64,000 nucleotides of DNA. Source: Candidatus Woesebacteria bacterium. Its GTDB lineage: Bacteria; Patescibacteriota; Microgenomatia; UBA8517. Positions within the stretch are counted from its first letter, which is position 1. The number at the start of each line of letters is the position of its first letter. The position numbers were made by a program, and so were the translations under genes. The notes below the pieces were generated by a model. It saw only the letters and a program-made list of their open reading frames with translations, was not told the DNA's origin and ran no database searches. The DNA is taken from positions 138,479 to 202,478 of the forward strand of contig OY970314.1 in the NCBI GenBank assembly GCA_963716475.1, read 5' to 3'. Shown here piece by piece: positions 63,419 through 64,000 of this stretch.

Positions 63419-64000
63419 ATGGGAAATGCAATAACAAAACGCATTGCCATCACGATGGGAATGCCGGTCACCGTAGTTATTGACGGCAAGGAAAATGCAA
63501 AAACCAGAAACGATATTGAAAAGGTTTTTGATTATTTTCGTTCAATCGACGCGAAATATAGTCCTTTTAAGGACACAAGTGAGGTGGCAAAATTAAATAG
63601 GGGAGAAAAAGTATCAGATGAGATGCAGGAGATCCTTCGACTGGCTCAGGATTTGCATGAGCAAACAGGCGGATATTTTGATATACGAACACCTGTCGGT
63701 GTTAAAGACCATGACGGGAAAATTGATCCTTCAGGAATCGTAAAAGGTTGGGCTATAGCTCAGGCCGCAAAAATACTAAAAGACCTCGGTTACACCCGAT
63801 TTTATGTTGATGCGGGGGGAGATGCTGAAATTGTCGGAAGGGCGTGGAAGTGGGGAATAAGAAATCCGTTTAACGTTTCCGAAATTGTAAAGGTACTTAA
63901 GTTAAGTAATTGCGGAATTGCAACCTCCGGCACTTACGAAAGAGGGCAGCATATATATGATCCGGTAGGAGGCAAAAATGAGATTACCGATATTGTCAGT
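63419..64000 (+). CDS. apbE: FAD:protein FMN transferase ApbE family; 3' end lies outside the window
   Basis: IAITMGMPVTV, DPSGIVKGWA, DAGGD and IATSGTYERG motifs. The ORF runs to the end of the window. Confidence 0.75.
   Translation, partial: MGNAITKRIAITMGMPVTVVIDGKENAKTRNDIEKVFDYFRSIDAKYSPFKDTSEVAKLNRGEKVSDEMQEILRLAQDLHEQTGGYFDIRTPVGVKDHDGKIDPSGIVKGWAIAQAAKILKDLGYTRFYVDAGGDAEIVGRAWKWGIRNPFNVSEIVKVLKLSNCGIATSGTYERGQHIYDPVGGKNEITDIVS

Noticed and set aside
1-64000. CRISPR arrays, transposases, integrases, prophage
   Set aside because: No regularly spaced direct repeats, and no DDE/tyrosine-recombinase/terminase-like ORFs, were seen anywhere in the window.
1-64000. Alternative genetic code (UGA as Gly or Trp, as in some CPR lineages)
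   Set aside because: A canonical tRNA-Trp with CCA anticodon is present. Conserved genes (topA, dnaX, cysS, the ribosomal proteins) read through at full length with standard stops, so code 11 fits.

Overview
This 64-kb window looks like a streamlined, low-GC bacterial chromosome segment with strongly Patescibacteria/CPR-like traits: a 150-aa EF-Ts, a ProRS without an editing domain, tsf-frr with no pyrH, an O-antigen-ligase/TPR membrane protein, and split/tandem housekeeping genes. It is densely coding on both strands and uses the standard genetic code (tRNA-Trp CCA, no in-frame TGA problems).

Recognisable content, in order:
- A heptose/nucleotide-sugar set (GHMP kinase, gmhA, epimerase) at the start, and elsewhere a gmd plus reductase pair and an RfaE-II-like nucleotidyltransferase.
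- An ArsR-family regulator divergent from an FNR-like reductase and upstream of iscS-iscU.
- The conserved secE-nusG-rplK-rplA-rplJ-rplL cluster on the minus strand.
- rnhB, rpsU, gmk, a Ddl-like ligase, and a tRNA/rpmG/queA island (tRNA-Trp, tRNA-Thr x2, tRNA-Tyr).
- def-fmt, mreB-PBP2, dprA-topA, a thymidylate cluster (tandem ThyX, dNK, tmk) and split formiminotransferase-cyclodeaminase genes.
- rpsB-tsf-frr-rseP-proS, ybeY, dnaX-ybaB-recR, cysS.
- A MarR regulator with two ABC exporter half-transporters, a two-component system beside a MacAB-like efflux module, and an ApbE/FMN-binding flavinylation pair at the 3' edge.

The standout is the 6.3-10.3 kb region: a 7-TM membrane protein, then a RimK-related 'alpha-L-glutamate ligase-like' ATP-grasp enzyme fused to a C-terminal retropepsin-like (DUF785, RIDTGA) aspartyl-protease domain, then a 613-aa protein carrying two tandem ATP-grasp modules (RimK-like plus cyanophycin-synthetase-N-like). 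Two further uncharacterised membrane proteins sit immediately upstream. This reads as an experimentally uncharacterised peptide/amino-acid ligation-processing-export system. A second, smaller ligase-plus-peptidase pairing (Ddl-family ATP-grasp followed by a standalone C39-like cysteine peptidase) lies at 20.8-22.6 kb. No CRISPR arrays, transposases or integrases were seen.
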